Origin: a virus
Direction: 5' to 3' (one strand)
DNA length: 64,000 nucleotides
IMG/VR virus record: IMGVR_UViG_3300042691_053984
Span: 68,859 to 132,858 of that record
The notes under the pieces were generated by a model. That model saw nothing but the letters and a program-made list of their open reading frames with translations. It was not told where the DNA came from and did no database searches. The number at the start of each line of letters is the position of its first letter. The first letter of the stretch is position 1. Positions 8,964 through 16,824 of the stretch are shown piece by piece. The position numbers and the translations under genes were made by a program.

Positions 8964-10876
8964 CTTTCACCTCTTGTCATTACCAGTGGTTGTTGCCTAA
9001 ACACCACAATGTGTGGTGTACGTGTGAAACCATCCCACTTTCGGTGCCAAATCCAGCCACCGGTCTTTTCAGCGAGAGATCTTGCCCGTTCTGTCAGCAT
9101 CTCATCAGTCACCTGAGACCAAGCAGCGTCAAACATCATATTGTTTTGAGCGGTGTCAGAAGTGTCCTTACCCCACAGACCATTCCAGTGATTTTGCCAG
9201 TAATCTCTGTATAACTTCATCTTTCTTGGAAGATCATACCAAGAATAGTGAAACACACAAGGGATGTTCGTTGCAACCTGATTGAACCAGTCTTGGTACT
9301 GCAATAATGCCTCGGTTGATCCTTGCATTGCCGCAATCCTAACTTGCTCTGCGTCGTGAGAATAGAAGCTTAAGTGAGGAATTCTTTCTCCTGACTTTGC
9401 ATCAATCATGTCGCAACCGTCGGTACCCTCTTTGGCCATTTGACGGCCCTCAGAATCAATTGTCCTTAATTCAAGTGGTATTCCATGGGTGATATTTTTC
9501 TTATTCCTAGACAACCTCCATTTCCATGGTTGGATGTCAACTCTTGTCTTGTCAGGGCCACCCCAGTACTCTATCACTGGCAACGAGATCAGATCAACCT
9601 CCTTTGGGAAGGACTGACAAAGAATTATCACTTTTTCACAGTCTTCTTCGTGAACCACTTCATCTGAGTCCATTTGCCAACAAAAATTACCAGTGCACAT
9701 TGCACGAGCTTCTGCTTTTTGCATTCCGTCGTAGACAGCGTGACGTGGATTATCCCAATCTCTTGGTACTTGCTTGATTTTTACCCGTGGGTCTTTTTGT
9801 GAAAGCGAAACCAGAAGTTCCCATGTGCCATCGGTGGAGCCTCCGTCAACAATGCAAACTTCTTCACAGAATCCCAACATCGATTCGATCGATTGTTGAA
9901 ATGGATATTGTTGTTTTATGGCGTTGTACGTTGTAGTGTACCCAGAGACGCTAGGCTTGAAGTTCATGATCTTTCCAATCGAGCTCCAAAACATTTGTCT
10001 TGATGACACAAGATAATCGTTGATGGAGTCTAGATCGTCAGTATTAAACCATTCTTCGTCTTTATGTTGAACATTTTCATTTAGTTGTAACTTACAACCT
10101 AACAATTTTGCTTCAATCACCATTCTTGGGCAGGTGTCTTTGCCTGCAGGCAGATAAACAAAGCCTTCCGCCGCTGACAATTTTGCAATTACTTGATCAT
10201 ACGGAACGTTCCACACAACTTCAAATTGCTTATTGTTTTCTTCACACCACTGCTTGGCTGAATCAAACCCTTTGACCCAAGAATTAGATCCCAACACAAT
10301 CCAACCACTTCTTTCTTGGGGAGGAATTTTATCACGTAAGAACCTCATCATACCAAGTGTAGACTGGCTAAAAACGCTAGAAAGCACGATGTTATCTTTT
10401 TCACCCAAGAAAGGAAATAACTTCAAGTAATGAAGCTTCTGTCCCTCCGACATCCAGTAGATGGATTGGGCTCCGAAAAAGAAAGACGATACAATCTTTC
10501 CATTCATGTTTTCGCTACAATCACAGTCACTTCCAGTCTCTGATTTATGTTTCTCTGGAGATCTGAATCTACAGTACTTATAGTCATATTCTAAAATTGA
10601 ATATTTCAAGTTCCCAATTATGCTGGGGATTAACTCTGCATTAAGAGAGGCAAAATTTCCAAAGATCCAAAATCTGTCAAACCCTTGCTTCAATAAATCT
10701 AACGTCACAAATTTTGACTTGATTTTGAAGACGTTAAAGGGACTTGATTCAATCAAAGCCTGAGTTGTCAACTCAGCGCCTCCGACGTAATCTTCGACAA
10801 ATAAATCAGCAACCAGGATTATCTGGGCATCTTGAGGGATCTTTGCGCCAAACTGAAATACTGGATTTGAGAACAT
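8960..10876 (-). CDS. Two-domain glycosyltransferase (N-terminal GT-B plus C-terminal GT2)
   Basis: DTCPRMVIEAKLLGC (GT-B); GYTTTYNA...VDGGSTDGT...QMDSDE (GT-A); start moved to the ATG at 10876, which has a GAGG Shine-Dalgarno. Confidence 0.85.
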   Translation of the reverse strand: MFSNPVFQFGAKIPQDAQIILVADLFVEDYVGGAELTTQALIESSPFNVFKIKSKFVTLDLLKQGFDRFWIFGNFASLNAELIPSIIGNLKYSILEYDYKYCRFRSPEKHKSETGSDCDCSENMNGKIVSSFFFGAQSIYWMSEGQKLHYLKLFPFLGEKDNIVLSSVFSQSTLGMMRFLRDKIPPQERSGWIVLGSNSWVKGFDSAKQWCEENNKQFEVVWNVPYDQVIAKLSAAEGFVYLPAGKDTCPRMVIEAKLLGCKLQLNENVQHKDEEWFNTDDLDSINDYLVSSRQMFWSSIGKIMNFKPSVSGYTTTYNAIKQQYPFQQSIESMLGFCEEVCIVDGGSTDGTWELLVSLSQKDPRVKIKQVPRDWDNPRHAVYDGMQKAEARAMCTGNFCWQMDSDEVVHEEDCEKVIILCQSFPKEVDLISLPVIEYWGGPDKTRVDIQPWKWRLSRNKKNITHGIPLELRTIDSEGRQMAKEGTDGCDMIDAKSGERIPHLSFYSHDAEQVRIAAMQGSTEALLQYQDWFNQVATNIPCVFHYSWYDLPRKMKLYRDYWQNHWNGLWGKDTSDTAQNNMMFDAAWSQVTDEMLTERARSLAEKTGGWIWHRKWDGFTRTPHIVVFRQQPLVMTRGER

Positions 10877-11010
10877 AACGACCTCTTTTACGAAAATACT
10901 ATTCTTTTTTCTGGGTCGTTGTTTAGTCAAAATTTAAAGAATATTTATTTAAAATAGTGCTTGTACATTTCTACAAATTTGGAGAAATTAAGTCTGTAGC
11001 TAAATCTAGC

Positions 11011-11026
11011 TAAATAAATTTATTTA
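11011..11026. promoter_or_regulatory. 16-bp palindrome TAAATAAATTTATTTA between divergent operons; candidate bidirectional late promoter
   Basis: Perfect palindrome that presents TTATTTA on both strands; preceded by a TAGCTAAAT direct repeat (10997-11005, 11007-11015). Confidence 0.45.
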
Positions 11027-11054
11027 AATTCTATCTGAAATAGAGGTTTTTCTT

Positions 11055-11609
11055 ATGGATAAGAAAATAGTAAAAGACATAGTTAGACCTCTGCAAAAAA
11101 AACAGCACCTGTATGCTGTGGCGTCGAGGCCTGCAGATGAAACGTCTGCAGAAATCCTCCAGGACATTCAAAGAAAAGTAAATGAATCGTCAAATCTAAA
11201 TTCAAAATTTGACGCTTTGATGTTTAAAGTCGAAAAGATAGAAGAAGAACAGTCAAAAGTATCAAAAACAGTGGGACTGATTCACAACGCTCTGTATGAT
11301 CCAGATAACGGTCTTTTTTCAAGAATTGCAGCAGTTAAATCTACACATTCAGAGGAGAAAGCCGACATAGAAAAACAACTGATTGAAATAAATGCATGGA
11401 AAAATCAATCAGAGAAAGATGAAAATCGTTCCTCGGCAGAGGGAAAAGAGATTCACAAAAAAGTTGAATCTCATCAGAACACTATTGAATCTCTTGAAAG
11501 ATGGAAAGGCAACGTAAATTCATTGGGAAAGTGGACGCTTGCGGCAATTGCAGGTGGAACCATCACAATCATTTTTAGGGCAGTGTACGAACTTTTCATT
11601 GTTCAATGA
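11055..11609 (+). CDS. Hypothetical coiled-coil protein with a C-terminal hydrophobic/TM segment
   Basis: 184 aa; heptad-like middle; ends WTLAAIAGGTITIIFRAVYELFIVQ; GAGG SD. Confidence 0.7.
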   Translation: MDKKIVKDIVRPLQKKQHLYAVASRPADETSAEILQDIQRKVNESSNLNSKFDALMFKVEKIEEEQSKVSKTVGLIHNALYDPDNGLFSRIAAVKSTHSEEKADIEKQLIEINAWKNQSEKDENRSSAEGKEIHKKVESHQNTIESLERWKGNVNSLGKWTLAAIAGGTITIIFRAVYELFIVQ

Positions 11610-11635
11610 CACCAGAAATGTGTTAAATTGTTGGA

Positions 11636-12868
11636 ATGAACTCAGAAGTTTTTACTGAAAATGACTTAAAAGTTGCAACAAAAGAACTGTTAAAAAACAT
11701 CAAAAATCTACTCAAAGAAGTGGATTCTGTTGTTTTGACTGACTCTAAAACCGGTTTGTCATTGTTGACAAAATATCAGTTCATGTTTGGTTGGAAACCG
11801 CGGTCTTTGTTACAAGCACGTTTGTATGAGCTCATACTGAGACTTGCAGTCGATGCAGAAAAACTAGGCCCAGGGTCGTTTGATCGAGTGCTTGAGCGGT
11901 TATCTGAGCACCCGAATAATCTTACCAATGATTACAGTGATGATTTTGATAATAAGGGACTGTCAACCGTTCCTGCGTCTCTCGCTGATCTTAAAACTTT
12001 CACCGAAGATTACTTCAAAAGTGCAGGAGAGCGTGCACATCATATCTTCTTAGAGGCGCTTGATCTTGCCGGATTTGGGGGTAAAATTGTCGTAGAAAAG
12101 ACACATGCCGGTGTTCCATCGGTTGAGCTTACTCATGGTTATGCCTTTGACGTAAAACCTGCATGGGACGTTAATCTGAAGCTCGAAAATACCCGGATTT
12201 TTGTGATTGATGGATACGTAGAATCTGTCTCGGAAATTCATCACCTGTTAGAATCGCAGGCCGTCAAGAAAGAAAACTCTGTCATATTTTTAAGAGGAAT
12301 GTCTCAAGACGTGATTCACACCCTCAGGGTCAACTTTGACAGGGGGACTTTAACCGCAATTCCCGTAATCGTCAATTTTGACATTGAAGGCATCAATACG
12401 TTAAACGATGTGGCAATTATCACAGGTTGTGATGTTGTGTCATCCAACAAGGGAAACCTAATAAGTTCCATTGACTACAACTCTGCAACAATTGTTGAGT
12501 CTGTGACTTTGTATCCTTCAAAGGTTGTGATTCAACATAAGAAAACTTCTTTGTCGATTGCAACACATGTGAATTTTTTGAAAAACAAAAGAATGGAAAA
12601 AAGTGCCGTAGAAGACATGGGGAAATTGTACGACAAAAGGATTAGATCATTGACGCCAAATCAGGTGATCATTAGACTTTCTGACGACAAGGATTTCATT
12701 AAGACTTCACAGTCAATAGATCTTGCGCTACGTACCGTCAAGTCGTTAATAGAGTACGGAGTTTCAACAAAAAATAAGTTACCTGCAATGACTGAGTTCT
12801 CTACGCAAAAATATTTACGTTATTGCGTAGAGACTCTTTCAAATTTAGGCGCTATTATTTGCGCTTAA
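11636..12868 (+). CDS. Divergent, shortened GroEL/Cpn60-like protein
   Basis: EALDLAGFGGKIVVEK...ELTHGYAFD...LNDVAIITGCDVVS aligns by eye with the GroEL intermediate and apical domains; GDGTTT motif absent. Confidence 0.75.
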   Translation: MNSEVFTENDLKVATKELLKNIKNLLKEVDSVVLTDSKTGLSLLTKYQFMFGWKPRSLLQARLYELILRLAVDAEKLGPGSFDRVLERLSEHPNNLTNDYSDDFDNKGLSTVPASLADLKTFTEDYFKSAGERAHHIFLEALDLAGFGGKIVVEKTHAGVPSVELTHGYAFDVKPAWDVNLKLENTRIFVIDGYVESVSEIHHLLESQAVKKENSVIFLRGMSQDVIHTLRVNFDRGTLTAIPVIVNFDIEGINTLNDVAIITGCDVVSSNKGNLISSIDYNSATIVESVTLYPSKVVIQHKKTSLSIATHVNFLKNKRMEKSAVEDMGKLYDKRIRSLTPNQVIIRLSDDKDFIKTSQSIDLALRTVKSLIEYGVSTKNKLPAMTEFSTQKYLRYCVETLSNLGAIICA

Positions 12869-13988
12869 GTATTTCGCTTAAGGCTTTTTTGTCAATTGAG
12901 ACCGTGATCATTCCTTTTTCCATTGCTTCGGTTAATTTGCCTTGAGATGCAAGCCATTGCATGATATTCTTCGTGGTGTTCATTGCAAATGATGAACGTC
13001 CAAGTTTTAAATCAACTCTTGCTTTGTCGATTAAAGCATCTAATAATGGCGAATCAGGAGAGATTTTTTCCGGTGTCAGTGGTTTCTGAGGTTGTTCCAC
13101 GTTTCGTGGGGGAGGAATCGGTCGCATCTCTCGAGCTGTGGGTTTGTAATCTTCATCGTCGGCAAACGAAAAATCATCCGTATCATCCAGTAATGACTTC
13201 GGATTTTTTGCGCCATAAGTGGGCCCACCCGTCTTCTTTGTATTTTTTGATGGTTTGTCTACGTCAACAAAAACATCATCATCTTCCACAGATCCGATTA
13301 CGCTTCCCAACTCATTTTCAATTGAAGGACCTTGCTCCCACTCTGCAATCATCTTCTGTACATCTTTCATTGACATGTGCATAATAGCACTTGTCATAAT
13401 TTCATCAATGTCTTCGTTAAATTTTTTGTCAGCCGGATTTCCAAATCTAAAAAATTTTAATAAACCACTTGCAATATTTTTGACTGCATTTTTTGCCGTT
13501 TGCCAAGTGCTTGACTCCGCTGGAGAAAATGCGGTCATCAAAACAGTCTTTAAGCTTTCAGACCCAACGTCCTCGAGGTATCTTGTCTCTCTTTCATCAG
13601 CAAGATACTTTATCTTTTCATTTGAATTTTTTATTTCTGTAAATTTTCTACGTCCAAAAAAGTTGTTAAAAATGGTATTTAATTGACTTATACCCTGTTC
13701 AAGAACTGCAAGAAACGCACCTGCCGCGATGACGCTGCCGGTAAACTCTTTTTCGTTACCTCCTGCTTCAATTGCATTAAGGTGTTTGTCTATTTCAACC
13801 TCAAGAGCAGCCTTATAGGTTCCTGAAATTCTAATGCTTTTTAAAAACTCAAGTTTTTCTCTGTAGTTTTCTGCATCATCTAAAATCTTGGTTTCAATTC
13901 TTTCAACAAGAAGAACGCTTCTTTTGAATTCTTCCTTCAGAAGAAGCTCTTTTTTTGTCTCATAGTTTTCTTTTAGCGTTCTTGTCAT
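12855..13988 (-). CDS. Hypothetical protein, probable head-associated; shares terminal motifs with 14027-15034
   Basis: Start MTRTLKENYE (GAGG SD); C-terminus WLASQGKLTEAMEKGMITVSIDKK. Confidence 0.75.
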   Translation of the reverse strand: MTRTLKENYETKKELLLKEEFKRSVLLVERIETKILDDAENYREKLEFLKSIRISGTYKAALEVEIDKHLNAIEAGGNEKEFTGSVIAAGAFLAVLEQGISQLNTIFNNFFGRRKFTEIKNSNEKIKYLADERETRYLEDVGSESLKTVLMTAFSPAESSTWQTAKNAVKNIASGLLKFFRFGNPADKKFNEDIDEIMTSAIMHMSMKDVQKMIAEWEQGPSIENELGSVIGSVEDDDVFVDVDKPSKNTKKTGGPTYGAKNPKSLLDDTDDFSFADDEDYKPTAREMRPIPPPRNVEQPQKPLTPEKISPDSPLLDALIDKARVDLKLGRSSFAMNTTKNIMQWLASQGKLTEAMEKGMITVSIDKKALSEILKRK

Positions 13989-14026
13989 TTTGTCCTCATA
14001 TTTCCTTAAGTATATAAGCAAAAGCC

Positions 14027-15034
14027 TCAAAGAAGCTGTGAAAGTTTTTTGTTAAATTTGATTTTTATTACACCTCTTTCAAGAGCTTCCACCAATTTTC
14101 CTTTGCTATTTAACCACATTAAAAAGTGCAAATGAGGTTTTTGATTTTTTAATGCTTTTTCATCTTCAGGCAGGTCTTTTCTCTTTATATTTAGGTACTC
14201 ATTTTCCAACTTTTGGAGTTTGGTAGCGCTAAGTAATTTCCCCCCACCGGCTTCCGAACCTTGAGGCGGTGCACCCGTTGGACCACCCGCGGCAGCCCCG
14301 CCTCGAGTAGCTGCGGCTCCTCCTCTTACCGGACCACCTGCAGCGGCACCACCTCTTGCTGGACCACCCGCGGCAGGTGCACCACCACCACTTTCAGCCG
14401 CCGCCGTGGTAATTGCTCCACCTGCGGCCGACAAAAGCTCAGTATCGTCAATGTTGATGTAACTATTTGCCATTTCAACTACGTCACCAACAGCCATTTC
14501 CATCAATGAATTTGCAATCAATTTTCCGGTATTTTCAAATACAGTTCCACCCGTAAAGAACTTTTTAATCTTTTTTCCAAGGTCGTCTTTTGATTTTTTG
14601 TCAAATAGATCAATCAGCGCTTCTTTGAATTTTTCTTCTCCTCCGTCAAATCTATTTTCTGCATAATCTTTTAACTTAGCGCCAGTCTCTGGTGCCACTG
14701 CTCCAATCTTCAAAGTTAATTTGAGAAATTTTGGAAGATTTTTTACGCCTTTTTGAAAAGAGTTGAGAAAGTGAACTGCTGCCGCAAAATCATCTTTGCC
14801 TTTGACTTTTTTAAAAAATTTAATGGGATTTATTCCGGAGTCTAACGCTGAAGAAGCATTGGAAACGCTTTGTACGTAACTACCAACCAGTTGCTTCAAC
14901 TCACGGCCAAGTCCACGTAAATTTTGTATATCTTTTAAACGTTTGACTAACTTGTCAAGCTTGTCCAGTTGCTTTAGGTCAATTGCCTCAAGAATCAAAC
15001 TTCCATGCTCATAGCTTTCTTTCAAAGTTTGCAT
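14027..15034 (-). CDS. Hypothetical protein with a Gly/Ala/Pro low-complexity linker
   Basis: Start MQTLKESYE; GGAAAGGP repeats; C-terminus WLNSKGKLVEALERGVIKIKFNKK. Confidence 0.75.
   Translation of the reverse strand: MQTLKESYEHGSLILEAIDLKQLDKLDKLVKRLKDIQNLRGLGRELKQLVGSYVQSVSNASSALDSGINPIKFFKKVKGKDDFAAAVHFLNSFQKGVKNLPKFLKLTLKIGAVAPETGAKLKDYAENRFDGGEEKFKEALIDLFDKKSKDDLGKKIKKFFTGGTVFENTGKLIANSLMEMAVGDVVEMANSYINIDDTELLSAAGGAITTAAAESGGGAPAAGGPARGGAAAGGPVRGGAAATRGGAAAGGPTGAPPQGSEAGGGKLLSATKLQKLENEYLNIKRKDLPEDEKALKNQKPHLHFLMWLNSKGKLVEALERGVIKIKFNKKLSQLL
14260..14405 (-). repeat. GC-rich coding repeat (GGP/GGAAA units)
   Basis: GGACCACCCGCGGCAG occurs at 14280 and 14361, with a degenerate copy between them. 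Confidence 0.7.
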
Positions 15035-15103
15035 AATTCCATTCCTTATGTTTTACTCTTACACTAAATATGTAATTAATCTTCTTAAGAAGGAAAAATA
15101 TAC

Positions 15104-15367
15104 ATGCACAAAGACAAGATCATCAAGGCGTCTTGGAATCACTTTGAGGGCGCAAAGAACATTCTCATCAATAATATTCTCACTGCTGTGAGGGATCAAA
15201 AGATTAAAATCGACAACACTGAACTAAATCAGTTAGTGTTTTTGATGACAACTTCTCTTGAAGAGGGATATCATAAAGGATACAAGACATTTGACAGAGA
15301 GTTAACGTCTTGCCTCGCAGATACAAGCAAGTCGCAACCAAAGGTAGCTCAGTCGAAAAAAAACTGA
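15104..15367 (+). CDS. Hypothetical protein
   Basis: 87 aa ORF with an AAGGA SD. Confidence 0.65.
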   Translation: MHKDKIIKASWNHFEGAKNILINNILTAVRDQKIKIDNTELNQLVFLMTTSLEEGYHKGYKTFDRELTSCLADTSKSQPKVAQSKKN

Positions 15368-15407
15368 GAATTCTTGGTAAGATTTTATCTTTATTTAAAG
15401 TTGGATC

Positions 15408-15881
15408 ATGATGTCAACTGGTGTAAAACACTTAGTTAAATGTCGTTGCGTTTTACCGCAATTTAAAAGTTTACATGAACCTCCAGTTCATCAATTTGTC
15501 GTCTTTTCCGTCGTTGATGATTCAGACAAGGTTCAAATCAAGTTTGCTCAATGTAATAATTGCGGTGTGATTCACAAAGTGACAGACATATGCAGGTCTG
15601 AAATCTTGATGAATAAAGAGGACATGGGTTCGCTATTGAGCATTAACGACATTAGTCAAGGTCTACCTCAAAATCTGGTCAAGATTCTTGAATCCAACAG
15701 TTGTGACCTTCCCACGTGGGAAGCATGCAGTTTCATTGTTGAAAACAAGCAATGGGGAAACTTTGTCGTGTTAACCACCGACGCTGAGCACGGAACGAGG
15801 CAAGGAAAATACGTGCAAATAATTGGTGAAAATATGTTTAAGGTAAATACATTCACTCGTGAAGAGTTTATTAAGGGATAA
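15408..15881 (+). CDS. Hypothetical protein, possibly Zn-binding
   Basis: CRC and CNNC motifs. Confidence 0.65.
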   Translation: MMSTGVKHLVKCRCVLPQFKSLHEPPVHQFVVFSVVDDSDKVQIKFAQCNNCGVIHKVTDICRSEILMNKEDMGSLLSINDISQGLPQNLVKILESNSCDLPTWEACSFIVENKQWGNFVVLTTDAEHGTRQGKYVQIIGENMFKVNTFTREEFIKG

Positions 15882-15883
15882 GG

Positions 15884-16141
15884 ATGAATCAAGTTCAACT
15901 CTACGGACAGATGCAGTCAGAGAAGACTGCGGAAGAGAATAGGACAGTCAGGGACATTGTCAAAGAAATATCTAACTTTGGAATCAATGAAAGGCAGAGG
16001 TGGTTGATAATCTATCAACTTGCCCTGGAGTTTGAAAACGTTGATGACCTGAGAGAGGTCACGTCTTTTATCAAAGAGTACAAGGGTAGCGAATTGTTTT
16101 TATCAAGCAAGGAAGTGTTAGATGGGTCGTTCAACAAATAA
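15884..16141 (+). CDS. Hypothetical protein
   Basis: 85 aa ORF with an AAGGA SD, inside the operon. Confidence 0.65.
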   Translation: MNQVQLYGQMQSEKTAEENRTVRDIVKEISNFGINERQRWLIIYQLALEFENVDDLREVTSFIKEYKGSELFLSSKEVLDGSFNK

Positions 16142-16781
16142 TACAAACAGCGCAATCTCGGTCAGGGGACCCTCCGCTTCACCTGAAGACATGCTGATGC
16201 AGTCACTGATTGTTCAGCATGATAATGTTAGAATTGTGGTTCTCCACGGCGATGTAAATGAGCACACAATCTCACATGTCATTGTCCAGCTTCTGCAACT
16301 TGCAAACCAAAATCACAAGCCGATTCACCTTGTCATCTCTACTTATGGAGGCTCGGTGGACGAAATGTTCTCCCTGTACGACACGATCAAATTCTTGCCG
16401 TGTCCGGTTCACACCATCGCCCTTGGTAAGGTAATGTCCGCTGGTGTGTTGTTGTTGGCCTCAGGTGTCAAAGGCAAAAGGTTGATCGGTCGATCTGCCC
16501 GTATCATGATCCATCCTATCTCTGGTGGATTGTACGGAAACGTGTTTGAGGCACTCAATGAGGTGAAGGAGCACGAAAGATTGCAGCGTCTCATGGCAGA
16601 CGCACTTCTTAAGGAGACAAAGATGTCAGCCGAAGAGATCGAGAAGATCATGAAGGCGGGACACGACTGTTACCTTACACCGGAAGAGGCGATTAAGATG
16701 GGAATCGTGGACGGTTACATTGGCGATGATTCCATATCTGCAATGACGTCTGAGAAGAAAAAGTCAAAACGAGCCAAGTGA
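16122..16781 (+). CDS. clpP: ClpP-family protease proteolytic subunit
   Basis: ISTYGGSV; GKVMSAG (catalytic Ser); IMIHP (His); DCYLTPEEAIKMGIVD (Asp). Confidence 0.92.
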   Translation: MGRSTNNTNSAISVRGPSASPEDMLMQSLIVQHDNVRIVVLHGDVNEHTISHVIVQLLQLANQNHKPIHLVISTYGGSVDEMFSLYDTIKFLPCPVHTIALGKVMSAGVLLLASGVKGKRLIGRSARIMIHPISGGLYGNVFEALNEVKEHERLQRLMADALLKETKMSAEEIEKIMKAGHDCYLTPEEAIKMGIVDGYIGDDSISAMTSEKKKSKRAK

Positions 16782-16824
16782 TTCTTGTAAATTGAGGTTG
16801 TTATAGGTGTACGATACGATTCGT

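Noticed and set aside
16785-16815. Sigma70 promoter TTGTAA...TACGAT before the helicase
   Set aside because: The 19-nt spacer is too long and there is no proper extended -10
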